Assembly (NCBI GenBank): GCA_016928955.1
Contig: JAFGJV010000004.1
Location: 62,001-126,000, forward strand
Direction: 5' to 3'
DNA length: 64,000 nucleotides
From: Spirochaetales bacterium
Lineage (GTDB): Bacteria > Spirochaetota > Spirochaetia > Treponematales > UBA12059
Shown: positions 47,907-57,756 of the stretch, in pieces
How positions within the stretch are numbered: the first letter of the stretch is position 1
How the letters are laid out: the number at the start of each line of letters is the position of its first letter
The notes under the pieces: generated by a model
Told to the model about the DNA's origin: nothing
What the model saw: only the letters and a program-made list of their open reading frames with translations
The model's database searches: none
Made by a program: the position numbers and the translations under genes

Positions 47907-49088
47907 ATGCCAAGCGACCTGTTTTTTTCTGAGCGCGTGCCGAGGACGCACAACAGCAACCGGCTCTCCGATCTGCTCGGGCGCCTGCGGTCCGAGGGCC
48001 GCGCTATCGTCAACCTGGCTGAAAGCAATCCGACACGCTGCGGGATCAGGCAGGACTGGGTTCTGGACAGCATGGCAACGCCGGAGTCGCTGTCCTACCA
48101 GCCTGACCCAAGAGGGCTTTTGAGCGCCCGGGAGGCCCTGGCAGAGCGCCTTGCCTGCGCGCCGGATTCCCTGTTCCTGACCGCCAGCACGTCAGAGGCG
48201 TATTCCTGGCTGTTCAAGCTGCTGGCAGATCCGGGCGACACGATCCTGGTGCCCAAGCCTGGCTATCCTTTGTTCGATTACCTGGCGGGCCTTGAGGGCG
48301 TGCGCGTGGCCCCGTACCGCCTAGCGTATGCCCATCCGTCCGGATGGACCATAGACCGCGATTCGCTGGAAGGGGCGGCCGCGTCCACAGGAGCCAAGGC
48401 GGTCGTTGTCATCAACCCGAACAATCCCACGGGTTCCTACCTCAAGAAGGACGAACGGGACTTCTTGAGGTCCCTGTGCGCCGAACGCGGCCTGGCCCTG
48501 ATTTCTGACGAGGTGTTTCTGCCCTACGCGCTGGAAGCTGACGCTAGCCGGGCAAGCATGGCCGGATCTGATGCCTGCCTGACCGTTACCCTGGACGGCC
48601 TGTCCAAGCTGCTCTGCCTGCCCCAGGTCAAACTCGGGTGGATGCGGCTGGACGGACCGGCCATGCTGGTCGAGGAGGCGGCAGCGCGGCTGGATATCAT
48701 AGCGGACACCTTTCTCTCCGCGTCGGCGCCCGCCATGAACGCCCTGCCGGACATGCTTACCCGGGCGGACGCCTTTGTGGCTCGTCTCGTGGGCAGGCTG
48801 TCGGGCAATCTTGCCGACCTGCGGTCGGTGTTCGGCTCGCCACAGTCGCCATACCGGGTGCTGCGCTGCGAGGGCGGCTGGACGGCCCTGCTTGAGTGCC
48901 CGAGGGTAGAGAGCGACGAGGATATGGCCCTGGCCCTGCTCCGCGACGAGGGACTGTATGTACATCCCGGTTACCTGTACGACTTCGAGCGGGAGGGCGT
49001 TCTTACCCTGAGTCTCCTCCTCGAGCCGGAGGTCTTTTCTACCGGGGTCAGGGCCCTCAAGCGACGCTTGGACAGGATGATCGGCTAG
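47907..49088 (+). CDS. PLP-dependent aminotransferase class I/II
   Basis: PGYPLF, INPNNPTG, ISDEVF, GLSK...KLGW. Confidence 0.92.
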   Translation: MPSDLFFSERVPRTHNSNRLSDLLGRLRSEGRAIVNLAESNPTRCGIRQDWVLDSMATPESLSYQPDPRGLLSAREALAERLACAPDSLFLTASTSEAYSWLFKLLADPGDTILVPKPGYPLFDYLAGLEGVRVAPYRLAYAHPSGWTIDRDSLEGAAASTGAKAVVVINPNNPTGSYLKKDERDFLRSLCAERGLALISDEVFLPYALEADASRASMAGSDACLTVTLDGLSKLLCLPQVKLGWMRLDGPAMLVEEAAARLDIIADTFLSASAPAMNALPDMLTRADAFVARLVGRLSGNLADLRSVFGSPQSPYRVLRCEGGWTALLECPRVESDEDMALALLRDEGLYVHPGYLYDFEREGVLTLSLLLEPEVFSTGVRALKRRLDRMIG

Positions 49089-49192
49089 CGAGCGGCCTTG
49101 CCCTCTGGAGTGCCTTCCGGCTAGTATGGGCGGGAAGGCCGCGCGCTTCCCGGCAACGATCGCGTCAACAGCGGCCGAAAAGGGAGGAATCC

Positions 49193-50071
49193 ATGCCCGC
49201 ATCCATCATAGACGGCAAGCAGTTGGCCGAGGACCTGAGAAAAGACATAGCAGCCCGGGTGCAAGCCCTTGCCAAACGGGGCGTGACCCCCGGCCTTGCC
49301 GTCATCCTGGTGGGCGACGATCCGGCCAGCGTGTCGTACGTAACGGCCAAAGAGAAGGCCTGCGCCGAGGCGGGCATGCGCAGTTTCGAGAGGCGGCTCC
49401 CAGGCGACGCGTCGGAAGCAACGGTGCTGGACCTGGTCAAGGCTTTCAACGACGACCCGGCCGTCCACGGCATCCTGGTTCAGCTACCGCTGCCCAAGCA
49501 GGTGTCGGAGCGCCGCGTGATAGAGGCCATACGCCCGGACAAGGACGTGGACGGCTTCACGCCGGAAAACGTCGGCAGGATGTTGCTAGGGGAGCGCTGT
49601 TTCCTGCCCTGCACGCCTCATGGAGTCCTCAAGCTGATAGAACGGGCAGGCATGTCCACCAAGGGCGCCCACGCGGTGGTGGTGGGCCGCTCCAATATCG
49701 TGGGCAAACCGCTTGCCAACCTGCTGATCCGCAAGGAATACAACGCCACCGTGACCGTGTGCCACACGGGTACCAAGGACATGGCCGCCCACACGCGGCG
49801 GGCGGACATCCTGATAGCCTGCGCCGGAACGCCCGGCCTCATAACGGCTGACATGGTCAAGCCGGGCGCCTGCGTGATAGACGTTGGCGTGAACCGCGTG
49901 GACGATCCGAGCAAGCCCAAGGGCTGGCGCCTGGCAGGCGACGTGGACTTCAGGGCGGTGAGCGAGGTGGCTGGATCCATCACGCCGGTTCCAGGAGGGG
50001 TGGGCCCCATGACCATCACCATGCTGCTGTACAACACCGTCGAGTCCGCCGAGCGGGCGGCGGGAGCATGA
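49193..50071 (+). CDS. folD: Methylene-THF dehydrogenase/cyclohydrolase
   Basis: IIDGK, YVTAK, GILVQLPLP, KDVDG, PCTP, GRSNIVGKP, TPVPGGVGPMT; GGAGG RBS. Confidence 0.97.
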   Translation: MPASIIDGKQLAEDLRKDIAARVQALAKRGVTPGLAVILVGDDPASVSYVTAKEKACAEAGMRSFERRLPGDASEATVLDLVKAFNDDPAVHGILVQLPLPKQVSERRVIEAIRPDKDVDGFTPENVGRMLLGERCFLPCTPHGVLKLIERAGMSTKGAHAVVVGRSNIVGKPLANLLIRKEYNATVTVCHTGTKDMAAHTRRADILIACAGTPGLITADMVKPGACVIDVGVNRVDDPSKPKGWRLAGDVDFRAVSEVAGSITPVPGGVGPMTITMLLYNTVESAERAAGA

Positions 50072-50940
50072 AACCGGTCGATATAGGCCCGGCCACCAGC
50101 CCGGGCACGGAGAGCGGTGCCGGATGCCAGACATGCATGGCTGACGTCCAGAACATGCGCGACGACCGACGCATACCCATCAAGAAGGTGGGCGTCAAGG
50201 GCCTTCGGTACCCCATCACGGTACTGGACAGGGCCAATTCCATACAGCACACCACAGCCTTGGTGAACCTGTTCGCGGACCTGCCCCATGACTTCAAGGG
50301 CACGCACATGAGCCGCTTCATCGAGGTCTTCAACGAGCACCGCAAAGACCTGTCCATGCCGCGCTTTTTGTCCATGCTGGACGAGGTGCGTCACGCCCTG
50401 GACGCAGAGACCGCGTATTCCGACCTGCATTTTACCTATTTCATTGAGAAAGCCGCGCCCGTGTCCGGCCAGAAAAGCATGATGAGCTACGAGTGCTCCT
50501 ACGAGGGCCGCGTGTCGGACACCGACCGCGAATTCTGGGTAACGGTCAACGTTCCGGTGCAGACGGTCTGTCCCTGCTCCAAGGCCATCAGCCGCTACGG
50601 CGCCCACAACCAGCGGGGCGTGGTTACCGTATCGGTGCAACTCGGGCCGTTTTTCTGGATAGAGGACCTGGTGGCCGTGGTGGAAAAGTCCGCGTCCAGC
50701 GACGTGTACACCCTCCTTAAGCGAGACGACGAGAAATACGTCACGGAAAAGGCCTTTGACAACCCCCGCTTTGTCGAGGATGTGGTGCGCGAGGTGTATG
50801 ACGGCCTCCGGACCATAGGGTCGTTCCCGAGGTTCAAGGTACAGGCTGAGAATTTCGAGAGCATACACAACCATTCGGCCTACGCATGCGTGGAATACGA
50901 CAAGGCTAGGGACGGAAAGGAAGAGGGGCATGGGGTTTAA
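50068..50940 (+). CDS. folE2: GTP cyclohydrolase IB
   Basis: DVQ, KVGVKG, KGTHMSRF, CPCSKAIS.YGAHNQRG, LKR.DEK, NPRFVED, ESIHNHSA; alternative start at 50137. Confidence 0.96.
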   Translation: MKPVDIGPATSPGTESGAGCQTCMADVQNMRDDRRIPIKKVGVKGLRYPITVLDRANSIQHTTALVNLFADLPHDFKGTHMSRFIEVFNEHRKDLSMPRFLSMLDEVRHALDAETAYSDLHFTYFIEKAAPVSGQKSMMSYECSYEGRVSDTDREFWVTVNVPVQTVCPCSKAISRYGAHNQRGVVTVSVQLGPFFWIEDLVAVVEKSASSDVYTLLKRDDEKYVTEKAFDNPRFVEDVVREVYDGLRTIGSFPRFKVQAENFESIHNHSAYACVEYDKARDGKEEGHGV

Positions 50941-51601
50941 CGCCGTAACGCGCGTGGATGATTTGGTGAGAATACGGTCGGTGATCGTGTCCGTGTACGA
51001 CAAGACCGGCCTTGAGGGTTTTCTGGTCCGCGTTCTGGGTACCTGCCCGGGGGTGCGTTTCTACGCGACTGGCGGGACGTACCAGTTCATAAGCGGGCTT
51101 CTGGGCGAGCGCTCGGGCGCCCATTTGGTGAAAATGAGCGATTATACCCGCCAGCCGGAGATGAAGGGCGGCTTGGTCAAGACCTTGGACTGGAGAATAT
51201 ACCTGGGCCTTCTGGCCGAGCCCTACGACGAGGACCATGGGGCAGACCTGCGGCGGCACGACGCCGTGGCCTTTGACATGGTGGTGGGCAACCTGTACGC
51301 CTTTGGCCAGGCGGCCGAAACGGCGACAGGCTTTGAGGAGGCCAGGCAGCACATAGACATAGGCGGTCCCTGCATGATCAGGGCAGCGGCCAAGAACTTC
51401 CTCCGCGTGGCGGCCGTACCGGGGCCTGACCTGTATGACCAGGTCGCCGATGCCCTGGAGCGCGGCAAGGGCGCCCTGCGCCTAGAGGACCGGGCCCGGC
51501 TGGCCGGTGAGGTGTTCAGGCGTCAGGCCCAATACGACGCGGCCGTGGCGGATTTTTTCGTCGGGAAGGGAGCGTCGCTCTTGCCCTCGTCCTACCGCTA
51601 G
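50930..51601 (+). CDS. Stand-alone IMP cyclohydrolase (PurH N-terminal MGS-like half)
   Basis: SVYDKTGL, ATGGT, GGLVKTL, VVGNLYAF, IDIGGPCMIRAAAKNF. Confidence 0.9.
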   Translation: MGFNAVTRVDDLVRIRSVIVSVYDKTGLEGFLVRVLGTCPGVRFYATGGTYQFISGLLGERSGAHLVKMSDYTRQPEMKGGLVKTLDWRIYLGLLAEPYDEDHGADLRRHDAVAFDMVVGNLYAFGQAAETATGFEEARQHIDIGGPCMIRAAAKNFLRVAAVPGPDLYDQVADALERGKGALRLEDRARLAGEVFRRQAQYDAAVADFFVGKGASLLPSSYR

Positions 51602-51615
51602 GCTATGCTCGCGCC

Positions 51616-52872
51616 ATGGAACACAAAAAGCTGAGCTCTCTTTACCGGGACTTTGCGCCCGATGTGTACCCGCAGTCCATGGAAATCGTCTTCCGGGACG
51701 CTGCCGGCAAGGCGTCATCCATAGTCTATGAAAAAGTGGAATGGACGGTGGACGGCAAGCGCAGGGGCCTCCGTTATGGCGACAATCCCGATCAGAGCGC
51801 CGTTCTCTACAGGCCGGTGAACGCCCAGCTGTCCATAGCCGGCGCGGAACTGGCGGAGCCAGACGGGCGCCTGGTGTCGGCCGCCGAGCTCCTGCAGTTC
51901 GGCAAGCACCCCGGGAAAACCAACCTGACGGATGTGGACAGCGCTTTGTCCATCCTGCGCTACCTGGCAGACAGGCCGGCCTGCGCCATCATGAAGCATA
52001 ACAACCCATCGGGCGTGGCCATGGACACTGACCTTGGCCGGGCCTACCATGAGGCGTACATGGCCGACCGGGTTGCCGCCTTCGGAGGGGCCGTGGTGCT
52101 CAACCGGGAGCTGGACGCCTCCACAGCCAGGGATATCGCGTCCTCGTACTGCGAGGTGGTGGCCGCGCCTGAGTTCGGGCCGGGAGCCTTTGACGAGCTG
52201 GCGCGCAAGAAAAACATCCGCGTGATGCGCATACCAGGCATAGCGGAGCTCGAGCGCTACGCCCCGGCGCGGGTACTGGACATACGGTCCCTGCTTGACG
52301 GGGCCTGCGTCGTGCAGTCTTCCTTCGCGTCGGCCATACGCTCGCCGGCCGACCTCTTGCCCGCCGTGGCCGAACGCAAGGGCGAGCGGGTGGCGGTGTC
52401 GCGAGAGCCGACCGACGGAGAGCGCGCCGACATGCTGTTCGGCTGGGCCGTGGAGTGCGGCGTTACCAGCAATTCCGTGATTTACGTGAAAGACGGCCGG
52501 ACCCTGGGCATAGGCGCGGGCGAGCAGGATCGCGTCGGTGTCGCCATTCTGGCGCGCGACAAGGCGTACCGAAAGCTTGAGGACAGGCTGTGCTGGGAAC
52601 GGCACGGCGTCGCCTGGAACGAATTTTCCGACGAAACAGCGAAAAGCGAGCTAGCGGCCGAAGTCCGGGCCGGAAACGGGGGCCTCAAAGGATCGGTCAT
52701 GGTATCCGACGCCTTCTTCCCGTTCCGCGACGGCATAGAGGTGGGCCTACGGGAAGGCGTGGGAGCGGTGCTACAGCCGGGCGGGGCCATGCGCGACGCG
52801 GATTCCATAGAAGCGTGCAACGACTACGGCGCTGCCATGAAATTCACCGGTCAGCGTTGCTTTAGGCATTGA
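51616..52872 (+). CDS. Stand-alone AICAR transformylase (PurH C-terminal half)
   Basis: LRYGDNPDQ, KHNNPSG, AFGG, EVVAAP, SNSV, GIGAGEQDRV, SDAFFPFRDG, QPGG, TGQRCFRH. Confidence 0.92.
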   Translation: MEHKKLSSLYRDFAPDVYPQSMEIVFRDAAGKASSIVYEKVEWTVDGKRRGLRYGDNPDQSAVLYRPVNAQLSIAGAELAEPDGRLVSAAELLQFGKHPGKTNLTDVDSALSILRYLADRPACAIMKHNNPSGVAMDTDLGRAYHEAYMADRVAAFGGAVVLNRELDASTARDIASSYCEVVAAPEFGPGAFDELARKKNIRVMRIPGIAELERYAPARVLDIRSLLDGACVVQSSFASAIRSPADLLPAVAERKGERVAVSREPTDGERADMLFGWAVECGVTSNSVIYVKDGRTLGIGAGEQDRVGVAILARDKAYRKLEDRLCWERHGVAWNEFSDETAKSELAAEVRAGNGGLKGSVMVSDAFFPFRDGIEVGLREGVGAVLQPGGAMRDADSIEACNDYGAAMKFTGQRCFRH

Positions 52873-52993
52873 GGCGGCCGAGGGTGGACGCCCCCGCGTC
52901 GAATGGATATATTGGTTCCTGCGCCGCAACAGAAAAAGCCGGATGCCGAAAGGGCCGGCTCGGCGCAATGGCCAAGCTCGTTAGGAGGTAGCT

Positions 52994-53338
52994 ATGAGCG
53001 ATTATCATCCCGCCGATCCGCAGGTCGTCAGGGCAAACGGCGTGCGAGGTGTGCTGTCCGCCGGGGCCGGCGTGGGCCTGGTGCTCTTCAACATGCTGAC
53101 AAAAATCCCCGTTATAGGATACATCCTGAGCGGCGGACTGGTGGTTATTGGGGTCATGGGTTTTCTGGGCAAGGATAAGACGGACAAGGCCACCAGTTCC
53201 ATACTGATGGGCGCCGGAATCCTGGGCCTGGCTTCCATGGTCGTCCCGGGCCTCATAGGCCTGGCCGCCCTTGCTTTGATCGGCTACGGCGGGTACAACC
53301 TGTTCAAGTTCGTCAAAGGCGTCAAAACCCGCGCCTGA
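52994..53338 (+). CDS. Small integral membrane protein
   Basis: AGGAGG RBS; about four Gly-rich hydrophobic helices. Confidence 0.75.
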   Translation: MSDYHPADPQVVRANGVRGVLSAGAGVGLVLFNMLTKIPVIGYILSGGLVVIGVMGFLGKDKTDKATSSILMGAGILGLASMVVPGLIGLAALALIGYGGYNLFKFVKGVKTRA

Positions 53339-53362
53339 GCCTGTTCAGCTGGCAGTATCCGC

Positions 53363-53419
53363 AGCCACGGCAGGGCGGCTTGAAAGATAGACCGGCCCTG
53401 GCGTGGTTTTATTTTTTTT
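53363..53419 (+). terminator. Probable Rho-independent terminator
   Basis: Imperfect CCACGGCAGGGC / GCCCTGGCGTGG stem followed by long T runs. Confidence 0.6.
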
Positions 53420-53464
53420 GGAGTCCGGGCCTCCTGGTTTTGGGCTCCCCGTTGAGGTTCAAGC

Positions 53465-54796
53465 GTGTTGTACTTCATAGAAACATACGGTTGCCAGATG
53501 AACAAAGCCGAGTCGGCCGCGCTCGAGAGGCAGCTCGTAGAGCACGGCTGGAAAGCCGCCCAGGACGCGGGCACGGCGGATCTCGTGCTTATCAACACCT
53601 GTAGTGTGCGCATCACCGCAGAAAACCGGGCCTGGGGGCGGATAAACTATTACGCGTCCTTGAAGCGCGCCAGGCCCTTCTATCTCATGGTGACGGGTTG
53701 CATGGCCGAGAGGCTCAAGGCGGACATGAGGATACGCCAGCCTGCCGTGGACTATGTGCTCGGCAATTTCCAGAAGCAGTCGTTTGGCCTTGCCCTTGAC
53801 GCAATGGTCCAAGGCAAGCGCCTAGAAGTCATTGAGGAAAGCCCATCCTACGCCTTTGCGCCAAGCCACCTGGAACCTGGCGCGTTCAGGTCCTTCCTGC
53901 CTATCATGCATGGCTGCGACAATTTCTGCACGTATTGCATCGTCCCCTACGTGCGGGGCAGGGAAACGTCCAGGGATCCCCAGGCCATACTGGGCGAGCT
54001 GGACGATCTTGCCGCTGCCGGCATTCGCGAAGTCACCTTGCTTGGTCAGAACGTAAATTCCTACCGCTGGTCCGGCGGAGGGGCGGACATGAACTTTCCT
54101 ACGCTGCTGGAGACCTGCGCAAGGCGCGTTGAGGGCTCCAGTATTCGGCGCCTGCGCTTCCTGTCCAGCCATCCCAAGGATCTTTCGGACCGGACCATGG
54201 ACGTATTAGCCGCGTATCCGGTGTTCGGCAAGCATATCCACTTGTGCGCCCAGCACGGTTCCAACCGTGTGCTCAAGGCCATGAACCGCAGGTATACCAG
54301 AGAGTACTATCTCGGCTTGGTGCAAAAACTCAGAAGCCGTATACCGGATTTGTCCCTGTCAACCGATATTCTGATTGGGTTCCCCGGCGAAACCGAGGAG
54401 GATGTGGAGCTGACCCTTGAGCTGATGCGCGAGGTCAGGTTTGCCTACTCGTTCATGTATCACTTCAACCCAAGGGAGGGTACGCCTGCGGCGGTCATGG
54501 ACGGAGCTTTGCCAGACGCGGTCAAAAAAGAGCGTCTGGCGCGGGTGATCGCGCTACAGAAAACAATCACCCGCGAGCTGATGGCATCCCTTGTCGGCAC
54601 CGAGGCCGACGTGTTGGTGGAGGGCGTTTCGAAGAAACGGGAGGGGGAGCTCTTGGCTCGCAGCGACCTGGACATGATGGTCGTATTCCCCGGAGAGCCG
54701 TTTCTGATCGGCCAGTTCGCAAAGGTCCGGCTGGATTCCCTGCGTGGCGTGACGTTCAAGGGCACCATGGTACCGGGCGATCATTCGGCGCAATAG
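53465..54796 (+). CDS. miaB: tRNA methylthiotransferase MiaB
   Basis: TYGCQMN, INTCSVR, TGCMAE, GCDNFCTYCIVPYVRG, LLGQNVNSY, SSHPKD, GFPGET, TRAM domain. Confidence 0.96.
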   Translation: MLYFIETYGCQMNKAESAALERQLVEHGWKAAQDAGTADLVLINTCSVRITAENRAWGRINYYASLKRARPFYLMVTGCMAERLKADMRIRQPAVDYVLGNFQKQSFGLALDAMVQGKRLEVIEESPSYAFAPSHLEPGAFRSFLPIMHGCDNFCTYCIVPYVRGRETSRDPQAILGELDDLAAAGIREVTLLGQNVNSYRWSGGGADMNFPTLLETCARRVEGSSIRRLRFLSSHPKDLSDRTMDVLAAYPVFGKHIHLCAQHGSNRVLKAMNRRYTREYYLGLVQKLRSRIPDLSLSTDILIGFPGETEEDVELTLELMREVRFAYSFMYHFNPREGTPAAVMDGALPDAVKKERLARVIALQKTITRELMASLVGTEADVLVEGVSKKREGELLARSDLDMMVVFPGEPFLIGQFAKVRLDSLRGVTFKGTMVPGDHSAQ

Positions 54797-54834
54797 CCGC
54801 CCGCTGATTAAAGATCCTGCAAGGAGGTAGGTAC

Positions 54835-55170
54835 ATGCCCTGGAAGCTCGTGGCCTTCATAGCGGTCATGTCGATCGTGCTTGTTTTTGTGGGGTTCAAC
54901 CTGGACAACCGCTGCGACATATCGATCATGTTCGTGAAATTCGAGCAGGTTCCGGTTGTCATCACCATACTGGCGTCGTTCGTGCTGGGCCTTTTGGCGG
55001 CCTTGGTCCTGAGTTTTGGGCGAGGTGCAAAAGTAAAGAAGGCTATGGCCACGCCGAAAACGGGACCCGCGCGCGCGGACGCTCCGGCCAACGGCAGCCC
55101 CGTGGTTGAGCGCGTAGACACGCCTTCCCCTGCGAAGGGCAAGAAACGGCTCTTCAGCAAGAAACGCTAG
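54835..55170 (+). CDS. LapA-like small membrane protein
   Basis: AAGGAGG RBS; two TM helices (F...N, P...I...F..G) and a basic tail. Confidence 0.7.
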   Translation: MPWKLVAFIAVMSIVLVFVGFNLDNRCDISIMFVKFEQVPVVITILASFVLGLLAALVLSFGRGAKVKKAMATPKTGPARADAPANGSPVVERVDTPSPAKGKKRLFSKKR

Positions 55171-55177
55171 GCTGGCC

Positions 55178-56212
55178 ATGTTCCGCCGCACCGCACGCTT
55201 GATCGCGGTTTTGGGGATGTTCCTGACCCAGCTGCCCTCAACGCATGCCGATCCGGACCCGGCAGCCCTCGGCATGGCCGCGCAGGCCGATAGCCCGGGC
55301 TTTTACACCGCGGCCGTACACGCGGCATACGAAACGGGTTCGCTGGATGCGGCCGTGGCTCTATTGCTGGAGTTGGCGCCCCTGCCCAAGAATCCGGCCG
55401 TTTCCGGTGCCTTGTACGCCGAGCTGGCTGGCCTTCTTGCCCTGGGGGCTCGCTGGCCGGAGGCATCCGACGCTTGGGTATTGGCAGCCGACGCCGGATA
55501 CCGGCCGGGACCGTCCATGCTTGAGGGGGCGGCATGCATGCTGGCCGCCGGCGATGCGAGTGAAGCGCTGAAACTGATACTGGGAGCGCGGGAGCGGGGC
55601 TTGGACGGACAGGAAACGCTACGTTCGCGTGTCCTTGAAGGCTGGGCCGCCAGGCTGAACGGGGACGCGGCCAGGGGTCTTGCGCTCGCCAAGGAAGCCC
55701 TTGGAACGGCAAGCGGCGATATCAAGTACCTTGCCCTGTACCTTGCGCTTTCATGCGCTGAGGGTGGTGAGCGCGACCAATATAGTCGGCAAGCAACGGC
55801 CATGTGGCCGGGGTTCGACCTTGATGGTCCCCTCCAGGGGGCATGGTCGGCGCTGACGTCGCTTGCGGACGTTCCCGCCGTGTGGGTCGAGGGTAGCGAT
55901 CAGAGCGTCCCACAGCAACAATCGGCATTGGCCTCGAGCCCGGCGACCAAGCCGTCCGGGCCCGACGCGGACGCGCCCCTGTGGTACCAGCTTGGCGCGT
56001 TCAGGGACATGGACAAGGCCGTTGAACTCGGGAACGCGCTCGCGGCGGCTGGTTTCCGCGCGTCCATGGCAAGGAAAAACGGCGGCACGGACTGGCTGTA
56101 CATTGTGTTTGTCGACGCGGGAGACGATCCGGCGGCGACCCTCCTGTCGCTCAAGGACGCCGGTTTCGAAGCATGGCCGCTGTACGGCCAGGCGGCTAGT
56201 CAGACAGAGTAA
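55178..56212 (+). CDS. Exported helical protein with a C-terminal SPOR domain
   Basis: Signal peptide; WYQLGAFRD..A...L...GF SPOR signature. Confidence 0.8.
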   Translation: MFRRTARLIAVLGMFLTQLPSTHADPDPAALGMAAQADSPGFYTAAVHAAYETGSLDAAVALLLELAPLPKNPAVSGALYAELAGLLALGARWPEASDAWVLAADAGYRPGPSMLEGAACMLAAGDASEALKLILGARERGLDGQETLRSRVLEGWAARLNGDAARGLALAKEALGTASGDIKYLALYLALSCAEGGERDQYSRQATAMWPGFDLDGPLQGAWSALTSLADVPAVWVEGSDQSVPQQQSALASSPATKPSGPDADAPLWYQLGAFRDMDKAVELGNALAAAGFRASMARKNGGTDWLYIVFVDAGDDPAATLLSLKDAGFEAWPLYGQAASQTE

Positions 56213-57698
56213 ACACCACCGCCGCGCTCTCCGTGGTCACGGCTCCATCTATCGCCACACGCGCTGGCGTCAGGCTCAGCATGTCGGTCGTCGATCCGTC
56301 GTCCAGCGTTTTGGTCGAGCGGGACAGCTCGTACGTGCTGCGCTTGCTGGAAGGTTGGTCGCCCACGGTCACGGCGCGCAGATCCAGAAGCGTCAGTCCG
56401 TCAAGCTGGAATACCGCGTAGCTGCCCACTTCCACCGATTCTCCGCTCTGCAAACGGTAAGAAGCCCCGTCAAAACTCAAAATGTCCCCCGCATCCGAGC
56501 GGTAGCTGCCTTTGAGCTCCGAGACCACGGTCGAAGCTAACGATGGCTGGCGTTTGAAAGCCTTGGCTGTATCCGGACTCAGGCGTCTATAGCGCCCGTC
56601 CCAGCGCCCGCTCACGTCGGCCTTGATGCGCCAGTCCTGGAATATGTGCACGACTACCGTGTCCGCCGCCGCCAGCTCGACGTTCATGAGCCGCCGGAGG
56701 TTGCGGACCGACTGGTTGCGGGCGGCTATATACAGTCCAAAGCGCGTGGGGTTGGATGTTTCCCAGTCGAATACCTCGACCACGCTCTGTCCGGAAAACA
56801 TCAGCGTTGCGTCCTTGGGCTGGAAGGTGAGGAACTGGGCGTCTTTGGACAAGGGATCCGTGGATTCCTTGTACCATATCCCGTCAAGCCAGGCCTCAAA
56901 GGTCTCTGCCTTCCCATCCAATATGGCTTGGGCCATTTTTTGCGCGATGCTGGCGCCGGGAATTTTTTCCTGGCCGAGCTGTACATACGCTCGGTCCAAA
57001 AAGCTCCAGGCCCAGGTTTCCTTGATCTGGTCCAGGAAATTGCTGGATTCCGGATCCGGGGTCCACACCGCTATGTTCCAGCTCTCCGCGTCTGTCTGGC
57101 CGAGCTTGTAGCTTTCTGGGCGCTCAGTGGTCTCAACCATCACGGCGTCCGCGGCCGTCTGGAACACGGTCTGAAAAGCGTCGCCATCGCTGCCGGCGTC
57201 TGCCCTCCTGAACACGGTCATGGTCTGCCGGTTGTCCTCGTCCATGCCCGTGCACACGATGTTGATGGTATGGTCGCCCACCAGGTCGTACACGGCCGCC
57301 TGGAAGGTTTTTACCTTGCTCGCCAACGTGCCGCCGTCCCAGGCTCGCAGCCAGCGTTTGGACCTGGCATCGTAATCGGCCACCACGATGCGGATAAGCG
57401 GATTGTCCGCGGCGCGCACCACGAGTATCTGCTCGTCCTCGTCGTCCAAATCCAGATTGAATGCGTATATGTCCAGGAGGGTCTCGTCTGGGTTCAGCTC
57501 TATGGCGCTCACCAGATGCTGTTCCGCCCCGACGCTCTGGTCGTCAACAGAGTCGGATGTCGCCGCAAAGCTTCTGTACCTGACAGGCTCGCTGACGGGC
57601 GCCTTGCTGCGGGTCTGGCTGAAAATTAGGAAGAACAGGGCAACCGCAACGGCGGCGGCGACGGCTATGACGAAAACGGTCTGGGTATAGCGTTTCAT
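56196..57698 (-). CDS. Pallilysin (Tp0751)-related protein
   Basis: N-terminal anchor; NLDLDDEDEQILVV, DLVGDH; syntenic position between the miaB block and vWA/cfpA as recalled for Treponema. Confidence 0.65.
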   Translation of the reverse strand: MKRYTQTVFVIAVAAAVAVALFFLIFSQTRSKAPVSEPVRYRSFAATSDSVDDQSVGAEQHLVSAIELNPDETLLDIYAFNLDLDDEDEQILVVRAADNPLIRIVVADYDARSKRWLRAWDGGTLASKVKTFQAAVYDLVGDHTINIVCTGMDEDNRQTMTVFRRADAGSDGDAFQTVFQTAADAVMVETTERPESYKLGQTDAESWNIAVWTPDPESSNFLDQIKETWAWSFLDRAYVQLGQEKIPGASIAQKMAQAILDGKAETFEAWLDGIWYKESTDPLSKDAQFLTFQPKDATLMFSGQSVVEVFDWETSNPTRFGLYIAARNQSVRNLRRLMNVELAAADTVVVHIFQDWRIKADVSGRWDGRYRRLSPDTAKAFKRQPSLASTVVSELKGSYRSDAGDILSFDGASYRLQSGESVEVGSYAVFQLDGLTLLDLRAVTVGDQPSSKRSTYELSRSTKTLDDGSTTDMLSLTPARVAIDGAVTTESAAVVFTLSD

Positions 57699-57756
57699 GC
57701 GCGGTGTTCGGCTCCACAGGGTTCTGGCGGATGCGGGTGAATCCGGCCTCGGCGTG

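Noticed and set aside
49089..49192. ZTP or THF riboswitch upstream of folD
   Set aside because: Context fits, but I could not match the consensus elements by eye; needs an Rfam scan
49618..51003. 461-aa minus-strand ORF
   Set aside because: Antisense to folD/folE2, which have clear motifs
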